In this document: in pieces, positions 20,076-31,229 of the stretch
Layout: the number at the start of each line of letters is the position of its first letter
How positions within the stretch are numbered: the stretch's first letter is position 1
NCBI GenBank assembly: GCA_963700145.1
Contig: OY969474.1
Coordinates: forward strand, 1,760,001 to 1,824,000
From: an uncultured Acidobacteriota bacterium
Lineage (GTDB): Bacteria > Acidobacteriota > Thermoanaerobaculia > Multivoradales > UBA5704
Length of the DNA stretch: 64,000 nucleotides
Reading direction: 5' to 3'
Notes under the pieces: generated by a model
Told to the model about the DNA's origin: nothing
Database searches by the model: none
Seen by the model: the letters and a program-made list of their open reading frames with translations, nothing else
Position numbers and translations under genes: made by a program

Positions 20076-23000
20076 CTAGACATCCAGACAGATTGCAGGC
20101 ACTGGCGTGAGCGGCGATGTGCGAAGAACTCGGACTTGTCCGAGGTCTTTGCCCAACGGATCCATGAAGGGTGATTCAGGTTCGGGAAGTAGCTCGACGG
20201 CGAGCACGCTGAGAGGTGAGTTGAGCGGCAGCCCGAAGGCTTCGAGCCACGCCTCGACCTGGTCCTGATCCCAGTAGCCGAACCCGTGCGGCTCGAAGCC
20301 GGAGCGGCCGCGGAAGGCGAGGTCGGGAAACGCCGCGCGAGTGCGGCCGATCAGAATATTGCGCCAGTCGCTCGCGTCGGCGAGGCGTACTTGCACATAG
20401 AGCAGGACCCACAGGTCGGAGGTGGGCGGCTCGGCCCGCAGGATCTGTCCGCCGGCAACGGGAGTGGCATACGGCGCGCTCACCCGAATGTGCTCAGCGG
20501 TGCGGGAGACGCTGCACGTCAGGACCGGAGCCGGGTGATGCACTCCGGTGACGCGCTGGGGCCGACCGAAGCGCGCCTGGGCGGTGGACCACCCTTCGGC
20601 ATGGCCCACACGAAGCTCGTAGACGAAAAATCCGAAGAGCTCGGGCGAGGCTTCCGACAGCGCCGGCGGCAGCGGGAGAAGAAAATGCCGGATCGGTCCC
20701 TCGCCTTCGGCAGGTATAAGGCGCTGCATGGCTTCCAGCCCCGATGAATCCTCCGGCTGGCCGGGGATAATCGAGCGGATGGGCTCGGGATCGACGTTGA
20801 GCGGTGGCTCGAGCGGGCCGGGCGGCGGCGCGGGCTCTCCCCGGATCAGCATGGGGTCGGCGGAGTGCATCGCCACGCGAGCGAAGTACGCATCGCGCGG
20901 ATCGGCCACCGGGTCGGCGAATTCGATCCACAGCATCCGACGCCGCGGCTCGGTCCTGGAGTAGTTCTCGTCACGCTCGTAGGGAGAGAGCGCGATCCCG
21001 GCGGACACGATCCGCGGTACCTGGACAGGTGGGGCCGCCATGGGCAGACGGACCGTAGCGGCCCACTCGGGTGCAGGCAGTCGCGGCGGCTCGCGGAACT
21101 GCGGGACGACCATGTAGGTCACCTCGAGCTCACCGGGAAACTCGCCCGGGACGGGCTTGGGGTCGATCGCGTCGAAGAAGACGAGGTCGGTGTGGGATCG
21201 GTCGAGCGCGACTCCCCGGCGCACCGCCGTCTCGCTGAGCGCCTTGCGCGGCGAGATGATGCCGACCCGCTCGCCGGCTCCGCCGCCGATGCTGCGGAAG
21301 ACTTGCAGGCCCTCGTCGGTGAGCGCGTCCCAGGTCCAGTCGCGGGTGAGCCGCAGGGGGACCGCCATCAGCCACTGGGACGTGATCTCCGTTTCGCTGG
21401 CGAACGTGATGGTGGAGTGGTCTGGGGAGAGGATGTGTGCCACGGCTGCCGACGCCCCGAAGACCACTCGCCGGCCGGCTTCCGCGCTCAGGGTCAGCGC
21501 GCGGCTCTCCAGGCGAAGCCGGCGCGCGAGCCGCTGGATGGAGCTCTCGGGGGCCTGGTCGCGGGTACCTGCGACGGCGTTCTTGTCGTGGAGGTGGGCG
21601 TCGTGTGCCGGGCTGGGCTGGAGGAAGATCCCCTGAAACGGCGCGCCCGGCACTTCCTGAAAGAGCCCGCTCTCATCCGCCGATGCACGCCGCTGCGGGA
21701 CGGTGCTGCGCGTGCCCACGCGCGCGGCGTGCTTACCGAAGTAGACGAGCTTCGGATCGTTCCGATCGAGAGCGACGGGGTCGATGGTCGCGGCTGCCGC
21801 GGGATCGGCGAGGGCGGGCGCCATCCCGGGATCCCGGCGCGCCACCGGGGTGAAGGTCAGATCGAGGGTGCGAGCCGTCGGGACTTTGAGGGGGCCGGCG
21901 GCCGCGGGAGCCAGGAAGGCGGCGAGGTCGTTTACGTCCTCGAACTCGAGCGTGAGCTCCAGGGGTTGCTCGGGGTCGTCGTCGAACTCGCGGAACGTGG
22001 AAAAAAGCTGGTGCCGCGGCTCGGGTCCCGGATCGTTCCCCGGATCGAACTCGAGGCTTGCGACCGACACGTCGATGCGCACGCGGGTGACGTCGGGGTC
22101 GGGGAAGCCCGCCGGACGGCCTTCCGCGGCGGCCGCGGCGGCGTCGGCGAGCACGCGTGCCTCGGCGTTCGGGAGCGGTGTGTAGACCAGCGCCGGATAT
22201 CCGAGCCTCGGCCGTCCAACGGACAGGGTCAGTGTTCCATCCGGGTTCTCGACGGGCTCGGTCACTCTCGCCGAACCGGGCGGGACGAAGCGGCGAAAGC
22301 GGCCCGTCGCGATTGCCGAAGGCGGTTCGTTCTCCGCGTCGGGCCCCGGGCCGCCGCCGGTGATGTCCGTCAGCCGAACCCTGAACTGGTACGACCCGCC
22401 GTAGCGCAGCGGAACGGAGCGCTCGCCCACGGGGTTCAGGACCCGTGGGGGCGCGGCGACGTTCGCGACCTTGAAGGCGGACGCGTCGGCTGCGATCAGC
22501 GACGAGCCGGTCCACTGCGTAAAGTACGGCGGTAGCCAGTACTCGCCGTCGCGCCTCCCCTGCAGCTGCGACGGCGCCAGCTCGATGGCCATCTCGCCGT
22601 CGAACCTGCCGAGGTCGAGGTCGCCGAGCTGGAGGGGCCCCTGCATGCGCACGAGGGAGGCCCAGAGTCCCGGACCCTCGGCCTCCCGGACGTCGACACG
22701 GAACCCTCGCACTCCGAGAGGTGTGTCGCGCGCGGCGGGGGAGCCGTTGCGGGGGTCGTCGGTCAGCTGGCGGTTCAGCCAGATGACGATCTGCTCGTCG
22801 TCCCAGCCGAGCTTCAGACCGACCTCCTCGTAGGGACGCGGCCGGCGCTCCTGCTGCCGCGACAGGTTCAGGTAGTCGGCGCGGTCGGGCTGGAAAGTAT
22901 GCACGAGGCGGGCGAAGCCGTCCGAATAAAGGTCGGCTTCGCGCAGCAACTCGTCGAACGAGCCCGCGGACGGCACGGACGCGACAGGGAACAGGACGGG

Positions 23001-23723
23001 AGCGAAGACGGGTGCCGGAACAGCTTGCCACAAGCCCGGGATGCGGGCGGCATAGAGCTTCAGGAAGTCGGGCGCCGCGGCGGTCGTGGAGTAGTCGCTG
23101 GTGTCGTCCAACGTCACGTACACCCAGCCGCCGTCCTCGTAGAATCCGTCGTCCGGCTTCACGGACGCGACGTAGACGAGGCCGAGCTGCTCAGCGAGCA
23201 CGGGCTGGCGGATCGCCGCCGCGAGGGCGGCATCCCATTTCGGCGGTACCGGGGCCCTGGGCGGACGCTTGTCCGGACGCGGCCCGTCGACCAGCGCGCA
23301 GACGTACCGGTTGTCGGTGACGGCGAACTCCGTGCGCGGGCGGGCGAAGCCGGACGCCTCGAGATAGCTGGGCATCAGCATCTTGAGGAACCGGGTCTTC
23401 GTGGGCGGGACGTACGCGGAAGGCGCTGCGGAGTCCACGCCGAGTTGGGCCGCGAGCTCGGTGTAGGCCTCCCCGATGCGCGGCGGAGTGCCGGCGTCCA
23501 GAAGGATGCGGGCCGTGACGTCGTCGGGGCGGGGAAGCCGGTCGAGGCCGGGGATCAGGCGGGCGGAGAGTGCGAGCCGCGCCTGCGCGAACGGCTTCAG
23601 CCCGGCATCGAGGGGCTGCAGCGGATTCCCGAACGGCGCTACCAAGATGCGGAGCAGGATCTCAGTTCCGTCCCAGCCCTGGGGAAAGACGCAGATGCGG
23701 AGCCGGGTGTCAGTGATTGCCAT
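20076..23723 (-). CDS. Large hypothetical protein (1215 aa)
   Basis: Long ORF with SD GGAG, 14 nt downstream of the upstream giant gene; Pro-rich beta-sandwich-like segments; no recognised catalytic motif. Confidence 0.85.
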   Translation of the reverse strand: MAITDTRLRICVFPQGWDGTEILLRILVAPFGNPLQPLDAGLKPFAQARLALSARLIPGLDRLPRPDDVTARILLDAGTPPRIGEAYTELAAQLGVDSAAPSAYVPPTKTRFLKMLMPSYLEASGFARPRTEFAVTDNRYVCALVDGPRPDKRPPRAPVPPKWDAALAAAIRQPVLAEQLGLVYVASVKPDDGFYEDGGWVYVTLDDTSDYSTTAAAPDFLKLYAARIPGLWQAVPAPVFAPVLFPVASVPSAGSFDELLREADLYSDGFARLVHTFQPDRADYLNLSRQQERRPRPYEEVGLKLGWDDEQIVIWLNRQLTDDPRNGSPAARDTPLGVRGFRVDVREAEGPGLWASLVRMQGPLQLGDLDLGRFDGEMAIELAPSQLQGRRDGEYWLPPYFTQWTGSSLIAADASAFKVANVAAPPRVLNPVGERSVPLRYGGSYQFRVRLTDITGGGPGPDAENEPPSAIATGRFRRFVPPGSARVTEPVENPDGTLTLSVGRPRLGYPALVYTPLPNAEARVLADAAAAAAEGRPAGFPDPDVTRVRIDVSVASLEFDPGNDPGPEPRHQLFSTFREFDDDPEQPLELTLEFEDVNDLAAFLAPAAAGPLKVPTARTLDLTFTPVARRDPGMAPALADPAAAATIDPVALDRNDPKLVYFGKHAARVGTRSTVPQRRASADESGLFQEVPGAPFQGIFLQPSPAHDAHLHDKNAVAGTRDQAPESSIQRLARRLRLESRALTLSAEAGRRVVFGASAAVAHILSPDHSTITFASETEITSQWLMAVPLRLTRDWTWDALTDEGLQVFRSIGGGAGERVGIISPRKALSETAVRRGVALDRSHTDLVFFDAIDPKPVPGEFPGELEVTYMVVPQFREPPRLPAPEWAATVRLPMAAPPVQVPRIVSAGIALSPYERDENYSRTEPRRRMLWIEFADPVADPRDAYFARVAMHSADPMLIRGEPAPPPGPLEPPLNVDPEPIRSIIPGQPEDSSGLEAMQRLIPAEGEGPIRHFLLPLPPALSEASPELFGFFVYELRVGHAEGWSTAQARFGRPQRVTGVHHPAPVLTCSVSRTAEHIRVSAPYATPVAGGQILRAEPPTSDLWVLLYVQVRLADASDWRNILIGRTRAAFPDLAFRGRSGFEPHGFGYWDQDQVEAWLEAFGLPLNSPLSVLAVELLPEPESPFMDPLGKDLGQVRVLRTSPLTPVPAICLDV

Positions 23724-23737
23724 GGGAGGCTCCGGGT

Positions 23738-26700
23738 CTACGGCAGCATGGTAGTCGCGACGAAGGCCGCGATGGCGATCCGCTCGTCCACGTCGAACTC
23801 GAATTCGAAGGTCTTGCTAAGAACCCAGCCGAGGGTGACGTCGATCGCCAGAGTGCCCTCGCCCTTGCAATGATATTCCTCGTGCGTCTCAATGAGCGCG
23901 ATCAGTTCGAAGGAGACCGCGATGGCGGCGAGGCCCTTCACCAGCTCGCCTTCGACCTCCCACTCGCTGGCCCCGCCCAGCTCCACCTTTTTCGTGCCGA
24001 GGAGATGCCGAAACCCCAGGGCATACGACCGGCGGCCGGTCAGGGTGATCACCCCGAGCTCGATCTCGATGGCGCCCGCCACCCCCACGAAGGTGGAGAG
24101 CTTGGTCGCTCCTTCCTCTTCCCCGCCGACCTCGAACTTGAGCACGCCTCCGGCGAACGCCTTTACCGCCTTCGTGATCTCCGCCACCTCCACCATGATT
24201 TTCGCGTCGGCTTCGAAGACGAAGTGCCAGCCGCGCAGCGCCGCCTTGCTGGTTCCCTTCGTGCTGACCAGGGAGTGCTCGGAGATTACCTTTCCGATCT
24301 CCTTCGCGTTCGAGCTTTCCCTCCCCCAGCGGCCGAGTAGTTCCAGATCCAGCATCACTCCGAAGCCGTTCTTGAGGGTCTCTTCAACGGCATCGAAGCC
24401 GTATTTCGGAAAAACGTACTTCCAGCCGCTCTTGAAGCCGTACGTTTCATTCGTCACCGCGATGTCGAGCGGGAACGGAACTCCAAACGCGGTAAGCATT
24501 TGTACGATGCTCTGCACGGGGCCAAGCGGCCCGCCGAAGACCATCTGCGGATCGACCAGTCGCGGGGCTTCCTCCGAGCTGCTCGACACGTCCCCGACGA
24601 CGCGGACGAGGTCGTCGAGATCATCGATGTCGGCGATCGTGGAAACGGGACCGTACGTACACGACCAGTCCGGACGCTGCTCGGAATCAATGATGAGCCG
24701 GATCGTGGAACCGGGAAGGAAGCCCGAGCGCACGCGCAACGCAGCGCCCTGGTGGAGCGTGCGGTCGAGGGGCCCCACCTTGAACGAGGCGGGGGCCAGT
24801 CCGGACTGAGCGGGGATTTGGAGCCGCACCTTTCGGTGTCCCGTGATCCGCAGGACGGACCCCGCGGGGAGGGGGTGGCACTGTTCGGGCCGGGGGAAGA
24901 AGGCGACGCCGCCGGCGAGCGCGTACATGTCCGCGAAGAGGAGCGTCGATCCACCGTGGATGGTGGCATCGCCCCATCGGATCTGTGGCTGCGGGATGAG
25001 CATTCGCTGGGCGCCAGCAGAGAACAGGAGTCCGTATTCCGAGTGCGGGTTGGCCGTACGATACAGCTCGTTCGGATCGGCAAAGCGATACGGGGGAACC
25101 ACGCCCCCAACCGGGTTGGCCCGGATGAGCGGAATGGGACGATTCGCGTCCAAGCGGTGCGGCTCCGGCTCGGACGGACCGCGGTGGGTGAACGTCCACT
25201 GCCCGGCGCCGGCCAGCTCGGCACTGCCGCGTGCCGCGGCAACGAACTGCGGGTTGCCCGCGAGGGTGGCCGTGCGGTCTACCTCTACGCGGGAAAGGCG
25301 CATGTGCAGCCCCGACTGCGCGACGTTCAGCGCGCAGTCGATGGGCCCGCCGACCGGTCCCGTCGTGGCCAGCAGGTCGTCGAGTCGTTCGGCGCTCAGC
25401 GGCGTGATGTTCCCCTTCGTATCGACGGGCAGGACCTGCACGTATCCGACGATGTCGCCGGCGGGAACCAGGCGCTCGTCGTTTGCGCCCAGCGTGACGC
25501 CTTCGACTTCGACGTCGGCATCGAACACGACCTGAACCAGCCTGACCGTTTCGGTAGGCGAGTAGACGCGCTCATAAACGTTGGTGGTGTCGCGGATGCG
25601 GCGGATGTTGGTCAGCCGCGGCACGACACCGGCGTGGACGACGACGCCGGGTCCCAGCCTGTAGTCGCCGTCGCTCGCAGGCTGCCAGCCGCTGTCGCGG
25701 CGGAACACGCCGCCGCTCCCGGTACGCTCCATGGTGATGGTGCGCACCACGATCACGCCCCAAGGGTACAGCCTGGAGCGAACCTGCACGACCTCGCGGG
25801 CGGTGCGGCCGACGAGGGCCTCGAACTTCACCTGTACGACCCCGGTTGCCTTGTCGTCGGTACGCCGCCAGTCGCTGAAAGTGGAAGCCCCGTAGCCGGT
25901 GAAGTCGATGCGCTGCACCGGGACCATCTTCATCTTGTCGGCGAAGGTTTCGTTGAAGGTCACGTCGACCTCCCCGCCCTCCAGCACGTTGCGCCCGGTG
26001 GTGCCGTTGTTCGTCTGGACCGTGGCGCCGGGAAGGCCGGGCGGAGGCCCTCCGAGCGTCTTGAAGACGTGCGTCTGCGCGTGCAGCGCGAGCTGCTGCC
26101 CTCCGCTCAGTCCGGAGGCCGGGAAGTCGGGGCGCACGCTCTCGAAGTGCGGCGAGACTAGGACCGGCAGGTTGGGGTCGAACGCACGCCGGCGCAGCTC
26201 CGCGACGGCCACCATCCCGAAGGGCAGGGTGAAGCGGGCCGCCAGCGTCAGGTCGGTCCGGCGGTCGTACTCCGCGAGCAGTGTATCGATGACGGGAAGC
26301 GGCGCAACCGGCACCAGTGTGGCCGCGGGCATCGCGAAGCGGGCCGGGCCCCCATCCGTGGGTGAGACCAGCTTGGCCGGGAAAGGCAGAGTGCCTTCGG
26401 CGGGGAGGTCGTAGACGGGCTCCCACTGGAAGGCGGGGAGCGTGAAAGCGGAAACGTTGCGGGTGGGCGCGGTGAGCTCCATTCCGCGCAGTTGCAGCGC
26501 CTCTCCAGACACCGGCTCCACGCCCCGCACCCCGGGACTGTAGCCGACGCCGAAGAGGTCGGCCCGGGAAGAGACATCCAGTAGACGGAAGAGCTCCGGC
26601 CCCTGACCCGTCGCGCGAGGGAAGCGGGCTTCCACCTCGGGCAGCGGACGGGGCAGCGTTACAACCTTGAAGGTGGACGCCTGTTCGCGCTCGATGGGGT

Positions 26701-28568
26701 CCTCGTCGATTCGCAGGAAGCTTGGCGGGAGCGCCGCGCCGGCGCCCAGCTCGAACGAGAGCTCCGGGTTCGCGGGCGTGGTCCACCGCACGCGCCCGGC
26801 AAGTTCATGGGTCGGCTGGAAGAACGCGGGATTGAACTCGCGGCGGGGTGGCTGTCGCGTCGTGTTGGCCGCGTATGGGTCGGGCAGCGAGGGAAGCAGG
26901 AAGCCCAGAGCGAAGCGGAGCGCCAGGGTGCCGCGGTCGACCTGGTGCTGCGTGTCGAGCACGCCGTTCAGCCGCAGTGCCAAGGCGGCGGACGTGCGTA
27001 CGAACGCGTTCGACAGCGCGAAGGAGACGCCCGGCTGCGGCCTGTGCGCGCCGGTGACCGGGTCCCGCGGCGGATCCGCCGGAGCAGCGAGGGAAATGCG
27101 CGTGACGTCGGCGAGCCGCTGCAGGTCGAGAGTAGCGCGCCGCGAGGAGAAGGGTACCCGTTCGCCCGCGGCAGTCACCGGCCGATCAAGCTGGGTGCTG
27201 CATTCCAGCGTCGAGAGGGTAAGCGCCTCGGCTCCTCCGCCAGCCGTCGTCGCATCGAAGCGGAGCAGCAGCGGATCGCTGGCCTGAAGCTCGATCTGCG
27301 ACCGGCCGCGGGTGCCGTTGTCCCACAGGTCGAGCATCCGGCGATAGCGCGCCGGGGCGGAGCTCGCGAGCACGGACAGGTGGCCGGGCTCGGCGAGCAG
27401 GAACGCGGAATCGAGCCGGAGGGGCTTGCTGGACTCCGCCGCCGGCTCCAGGATCACGCGGAGTCCTTTTGCCAGGGATAGGCCCAGGGCGCCGGCACCT
27501 GCGGCTTCGCCAAGGTTGAACGGGTCTCCGCTCGTGGGGACGGCGACGGGCAGTGCCCAGGCAGCCTCCTGGATCGCCGCTTCACCAGAAGGGCGAAAGA
27601 GCTTGGAGCTCGCCTCGTCGATGGAGATAGCGTCCCGGTTCGCCGACATGGGGCACCAGAGATGGGCGAGACGGCTGTCGTAGCGAAGAGCCGCGCCGTC
27701 CAGGTTCCGCAGGCGCATCCGGTTGCCATAGATCTCGAGCGTGGCGCGGGCGAGCTGGACGAGCCGTCCGCCGGTGCCGACGCTGAGCGTGAACGTCGCC
27801 TGCTCGGGAAGGTCGGCGCTCACCTTGAGCGCGTCGCCGCTATGGCGTGAGCGCGAGGGCCGGTCAGGCCGGTCGAGCTGCAGCTGCAGGGTCGCCACGA
27901 TGCCGGGAGCTACCCGGATTGTGTTCCCGTGAATGAAGACCGAGTGGCTGAGCGTAAGCGTTCCCCCGCGGACACGAAGGCCGGCAAACGATCCAGCGGG
28001 CGAGGCCGAGTCGAAGAGCGCTGCCGCAAGCCAGACGCTGCCAGCGGGAATGCTCAGGACGGTCGCACCGGGATCGGCCGGACCGGCAGGGAGCGTGGCT
28101 CGCGGGAAGCTGATCAGCGGGCGCTCGGTCTGGGCGTCGATCAGGAGCACGGGCGCTGCGGTACGGCGAACGTCGAACCAGACGAGACCGCCATCTGCAG
28201 ATTCGAACGGTCCGAGGGACGACTCCGGGGACCAGCCACAGGCCCACGCGGGCACCGACTGTCGGACATGAGCGGCTAGAAGCCGGCCAGGCGCGCCGGA
28301 AGATGCGAAGGGAAGGGTCGCGCTGTGCTGGGATGGCATCGTGGGCGATGCGGCGGAGGTCGTGGACGATTTGTGGCGGAAGGGTCTCGATGATTGTGGG
28401 CACAGAGGTTGGGCTGGACGGATCCTCCATGGGTTCGGATTGGCTATTGAGCAGTGCTTCCGCGAGTAGACGGCGAGCTTGATCGAGTGCCGCGGGCGGA
28501 GTGCCTTCGGCGGGGGAAAGAAACCCGGTCAGTTCGGCCAGCCGCGAGACAAGACGTGTCTCATCCAT
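23738..28568 (-). CDS. Giant hypothetical protein (~1610 aa) with a single frameshift near 28283
   Basis: Strong SD GGAGGAGGT before ATG 28568. Frame 1 reads ...LRIFRRAWP; one extra G then gives LLAAHVRQSVPAW in the frame of the 1533-aa ORF. C-terminus has alternating amphipathic beta strands. Confidence 0.75.
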
Positions 28569-28599
28569 GGCCTACCTCCTCCACAATGTGCGAATTGGC

Positions 28600-30189
28600 T
28601 CACGGCATGGTCGACGGCCGCCGCGGCATCAGGGGCTTGTAGGCCAGGAGCCACAGCCCGGCGTAGTCGCGCATCAGGCGCATCTGGAGGAGCTGGAGCT
28701 CGCGGCCGTCTTCGATGGCGGCGCTGGTCAGGGCCTCGGCGAGGAGGTGGTGGAAGCGCCACATGAACTCGTTGGCGGCGCTGGCGGCCTGGCGGGCGCG
28801 GTCGAAGATCGGCGCGTCGCCCGTCACCGAGGTCTCGTCGAGGATGTCGGTGATCTCCTGCGCCTCCTCGTTGAGCAGGATGCGCAGCGCCGCGGCCTCG
28901 CAGAGGAAGAGCTCGAGGTCGCGGTCGCACAGCTCCTTGCTGTGCAGGCGCCGGCAGGCCACCACCTCGCGGGGCTCGATACGCAGCGGGAAGATCGACG
29001 GCTTCAAGACCAGGACCTCCGGCCGCTGCTCGGGGTCCTCGTCGAGCAGCACCGCGACCAGCCGCTGGAACGGCTCGGCCAGCAGCTCCTGGTAGCGGCT
29101 GGGCCGCGCCGCCATCATCACCTCGCCGGTGTCGACCTCGGCGCGGCGGATGGCGCCGGTCAGGGTCAGGGTCTTCGCCGCCTCCTCCTCGGCGCCGCGC
29201 CCCGAATCCATCGCCGCCGTCAGGCGCGGCACGAGGGACCGCACCCACTGGCGGATCTGCGCCAGGTGGTCGAGCCGCACGTCGTCGCGCTGCAGCTCCT
29301 GCTCGAAGCGCTCGACGTCCTGGCGGAACTGCATCAGCTCCTGGTCGAGCTGCACGTCCACCGGCACCTCGCGCTCCAGCTCGAAGACCCGCTGGTACTC
29401 GTCGACGATGCGCTGCTCTTCCTGCTTGTAGAGCTTCTGCACCCGCCCCTTGAAGACGAGGTTGGTCTCCAGCACCGCCACCAGCAGCTCGGGCTCGAAG
29501 AAGAGGACGCCGAGCCCGTGCTTGATGTCGCGGTAGCGGCGGATCAGGCCGCGGTCGTTGAGCTGGTCGAGGTCCTCGACCGCCAGCGCCTCCTGGCGCA
29601 CCGCCTCGATCGCCTCGTGGCGCTGCCGCACCTCCTCGACCGAGTGCGAGCCGGCGCCGGCCAGGGCCCAGAGGCCGCGGTAGATCTCGCCCAGGTGCTT
29701 GCGGTCGCGCAGAGCCAGCCGCCCGCTGCGCTCGTCCTCCTCGCCGGAGAGGCGGGTCAAGAGGAAGTCGACCTTGTCGAGCCGGTCGGGGGGCCAGTCG
29801 GCGGGGTGGGCGTAGAGGTAGAACTTGACGAGCTGGGTGAGGATCTTCTCGTCGTACTGCTTGACCCGCTGGAAGAACTGCCGCAGGGCCTGGGGAGGGA
29901 GTCTGTTATCCTCCGCGGCCAGCGCCGCGACGAGGGTGCCGAGGCGCGACTCGATGGCGTCGAGGCGGGTGCGCACGCGCTCGCTCTCGGCGGCGGAGAG
30001 CTTCTCCGAGACCTCCTTCAGCTCGCTGTACAGGCTCTGGAAGTCGGCCGCGAGGTCGGTGGCCGTGCCGTAGATGGCGCTCTTGGCGAGGCTCTGCAGG
30101 AACTGGTGGAAGGTCCAGGCCGAGCGGAAGAGGTGGGAGAGGTCGGCGTAGCGGCGGTGGAGTGCCGAGAGCTCCTGGACAGTGCTCAT
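28600..30189 (-). CDS. Hypothetical all-helical / coiled-coil protein (529 aa)
   Basis: ORF with host-like codon use and GGAGGA SD; Leu/Glu/Arg-rich helical composition. Confidence 0.85.
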   Translation of the reverse strand: MSTVQELSALHRRYADLSHLFRSAWTFHQFLQSLAKSAIYGTATDLAADFQSLYSELKEVSEKLSAAESERVRTRLDAIESRLGTLVAALAAEDNRLPPQALRQFFQRVKQYDEKILTQLVKFYLYAHPADWPPDRLDKVDFLLTRLSGEEDERSGRLALRDRKHLGEIYRGLWALAGAGSHSVEEVRQRHEAIEAVRQEALAVEDLDQLNDRGLIRRYRDIKHGLGVLFFEPELLVAVLETNLVFKGRVQKLYKQEEQRIVDEYQRVFELEREVPVDVQLDQELMQFRQDVERFEQELQRDDVRLDHLAQIRQWVRSLVPRLTAAMDSGRGAEEEAAKTLTLTGAIRRAEVDTGEVMMAARPSRYQELLAEPFQRLVAVLLDEDPEQRPEVLVLKPSIFPLRIEPREVVACRRLHSKELCDRDLELFLCEAAALRILLNEEAQEITDILDETSVTGDAPIFDRARQAASAANEFMWRFHHLLAEALTSAAIEDGRELQLLQMRLMRDYAGLWLLAYKPLMPRRPSTMP

Positions 30190-30253
30190 CGCGACGGGTC
30201 CTCCGGGACCTGCCAGAGAGACAAAGCGAATGATCTACGCGAGAGTCTAGCCG

Positions 30254-30844
30254 ATGGCGAGCGGCAAGGGCAGAGGACGGGTGCGGGAGCTGGTGAGCCA
30301 GGAGGCGATCGAGCGGCGCGTGGCGGAGATCGCGGCGCAGCTCGACGCCGACTACGGGCCGCTGGTCTCCGAGGCCGAGCCGCTGGTGGCGATCGGCGTG
30401 CTCAAGGGGTCGGTCTTCTTCCTCGTCGATCTCTTGAAGCGGGTCAAGGTGCCGGTCTCGTTCGACTTCTTCCAGACCTCCAGCTATGGCAGCCGCATGG
30501 TGCGCGGCGAGGTGCACATCCGCAAGGACGTGGACCTCTCGATCCGCGGCCGCCACGTGCTGCTGGTCGAGGACATCGTCGACACCGGCTACACGCTGCG
30601 CACGATCGTCGACCTGCTGCGCTTCCGCGGCGCCGCCAGCGTCAAGCTCTGCGCCCTGCTCGACAAGCAGGCGGCGCGCGAGATCGAGGTCCAGATCGAC
30701 TACCGTGGCTTCGAGATCGACCCCCTCTTCGTCGTCGGCTACGGGCTCGACTTCGACGAGCGCTTCCGCAACCTGCCCTACATCGGCGTCTGGGAGCCGG
30801 CCGCAGGCCGGCAAGACGAGGCGCCGGCGCCGGAAGGAGCCTGA
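30254..30844 (+). CDS. hpt: Hypoxanthine phosphoribosyltransferase
   Basis: GVLKGSVFF, VLLVEDIVDTGYTL (PRPP loop), FVVGYGLD, RNLPYIG. Confidence 0.95.
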   Translation: MASGKGRGRVRELVSQEAIERRVAEIAAQLDADYGPLVSEAEPLVAIGVLKGSVFFLVDLLKRVKVPVSFDFFQTSSYGSRMVRGEVHIRKDVDLSIRGRHVLLVEDIVDTGYTLRTIVDLLRFRGAASVKLCALLDKQAAREIEVQIDYRGFEIDPLFVVGYGLDFDERFRNLPYIGVWEPAAGRQDEAPAPEGA

Positions 30845-30848
30845 GGCG

Positions 30849-31229
30849 ATGGACTTCCACCACAGCGACGGCGCGCCCAAGGCGATCGGCCCCTACTCGC
30901 AGGCCGTGTCGGCCGACGGCTGGCTCTTCACCTCCGGGCAGATCGCCCTCGACCCGATGAGCGGCGAGATCGTCGCGGGAGGCTTCGAGGCGCAGGCGCG
31001 GCGCGTGCTCGAGAACCTGCGCGCCGTGCTCGCGAGCGCCGGCTGCGGCTTCGGCGACGTGGTGCGGGCGACGGTCTACGTCGTCGACCTCGCCGACTTC
31101 CCCAAGCTCAACGCCCTCTACGGTGAGGCGATGGGCGACCACCGCCCGGCGCGCTCGACCGTGCAGGTCGCGGCGCTGCCCAAGGGGGCGCTGGTCGAGA
31201 TCGACTTCGTGGCGCGCATCCCCGGCTAG
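30849..31229 (+). CDS. ridA: RidA/YjgF family imine deaminase
   Basis: [38 protein letters not shown]. Confidence 0.92.
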   Translation: MDFHHSDGAPKAIGPYSQAVSADGWLFTSGQIALDPMSGEIVAGGFEAQARRVLENLRAVLASAGCGFGDVVRATVYVVDLADFPKLNALYGEAMGDHRPARSTVQVAALPKGALVEIDFVARIPG

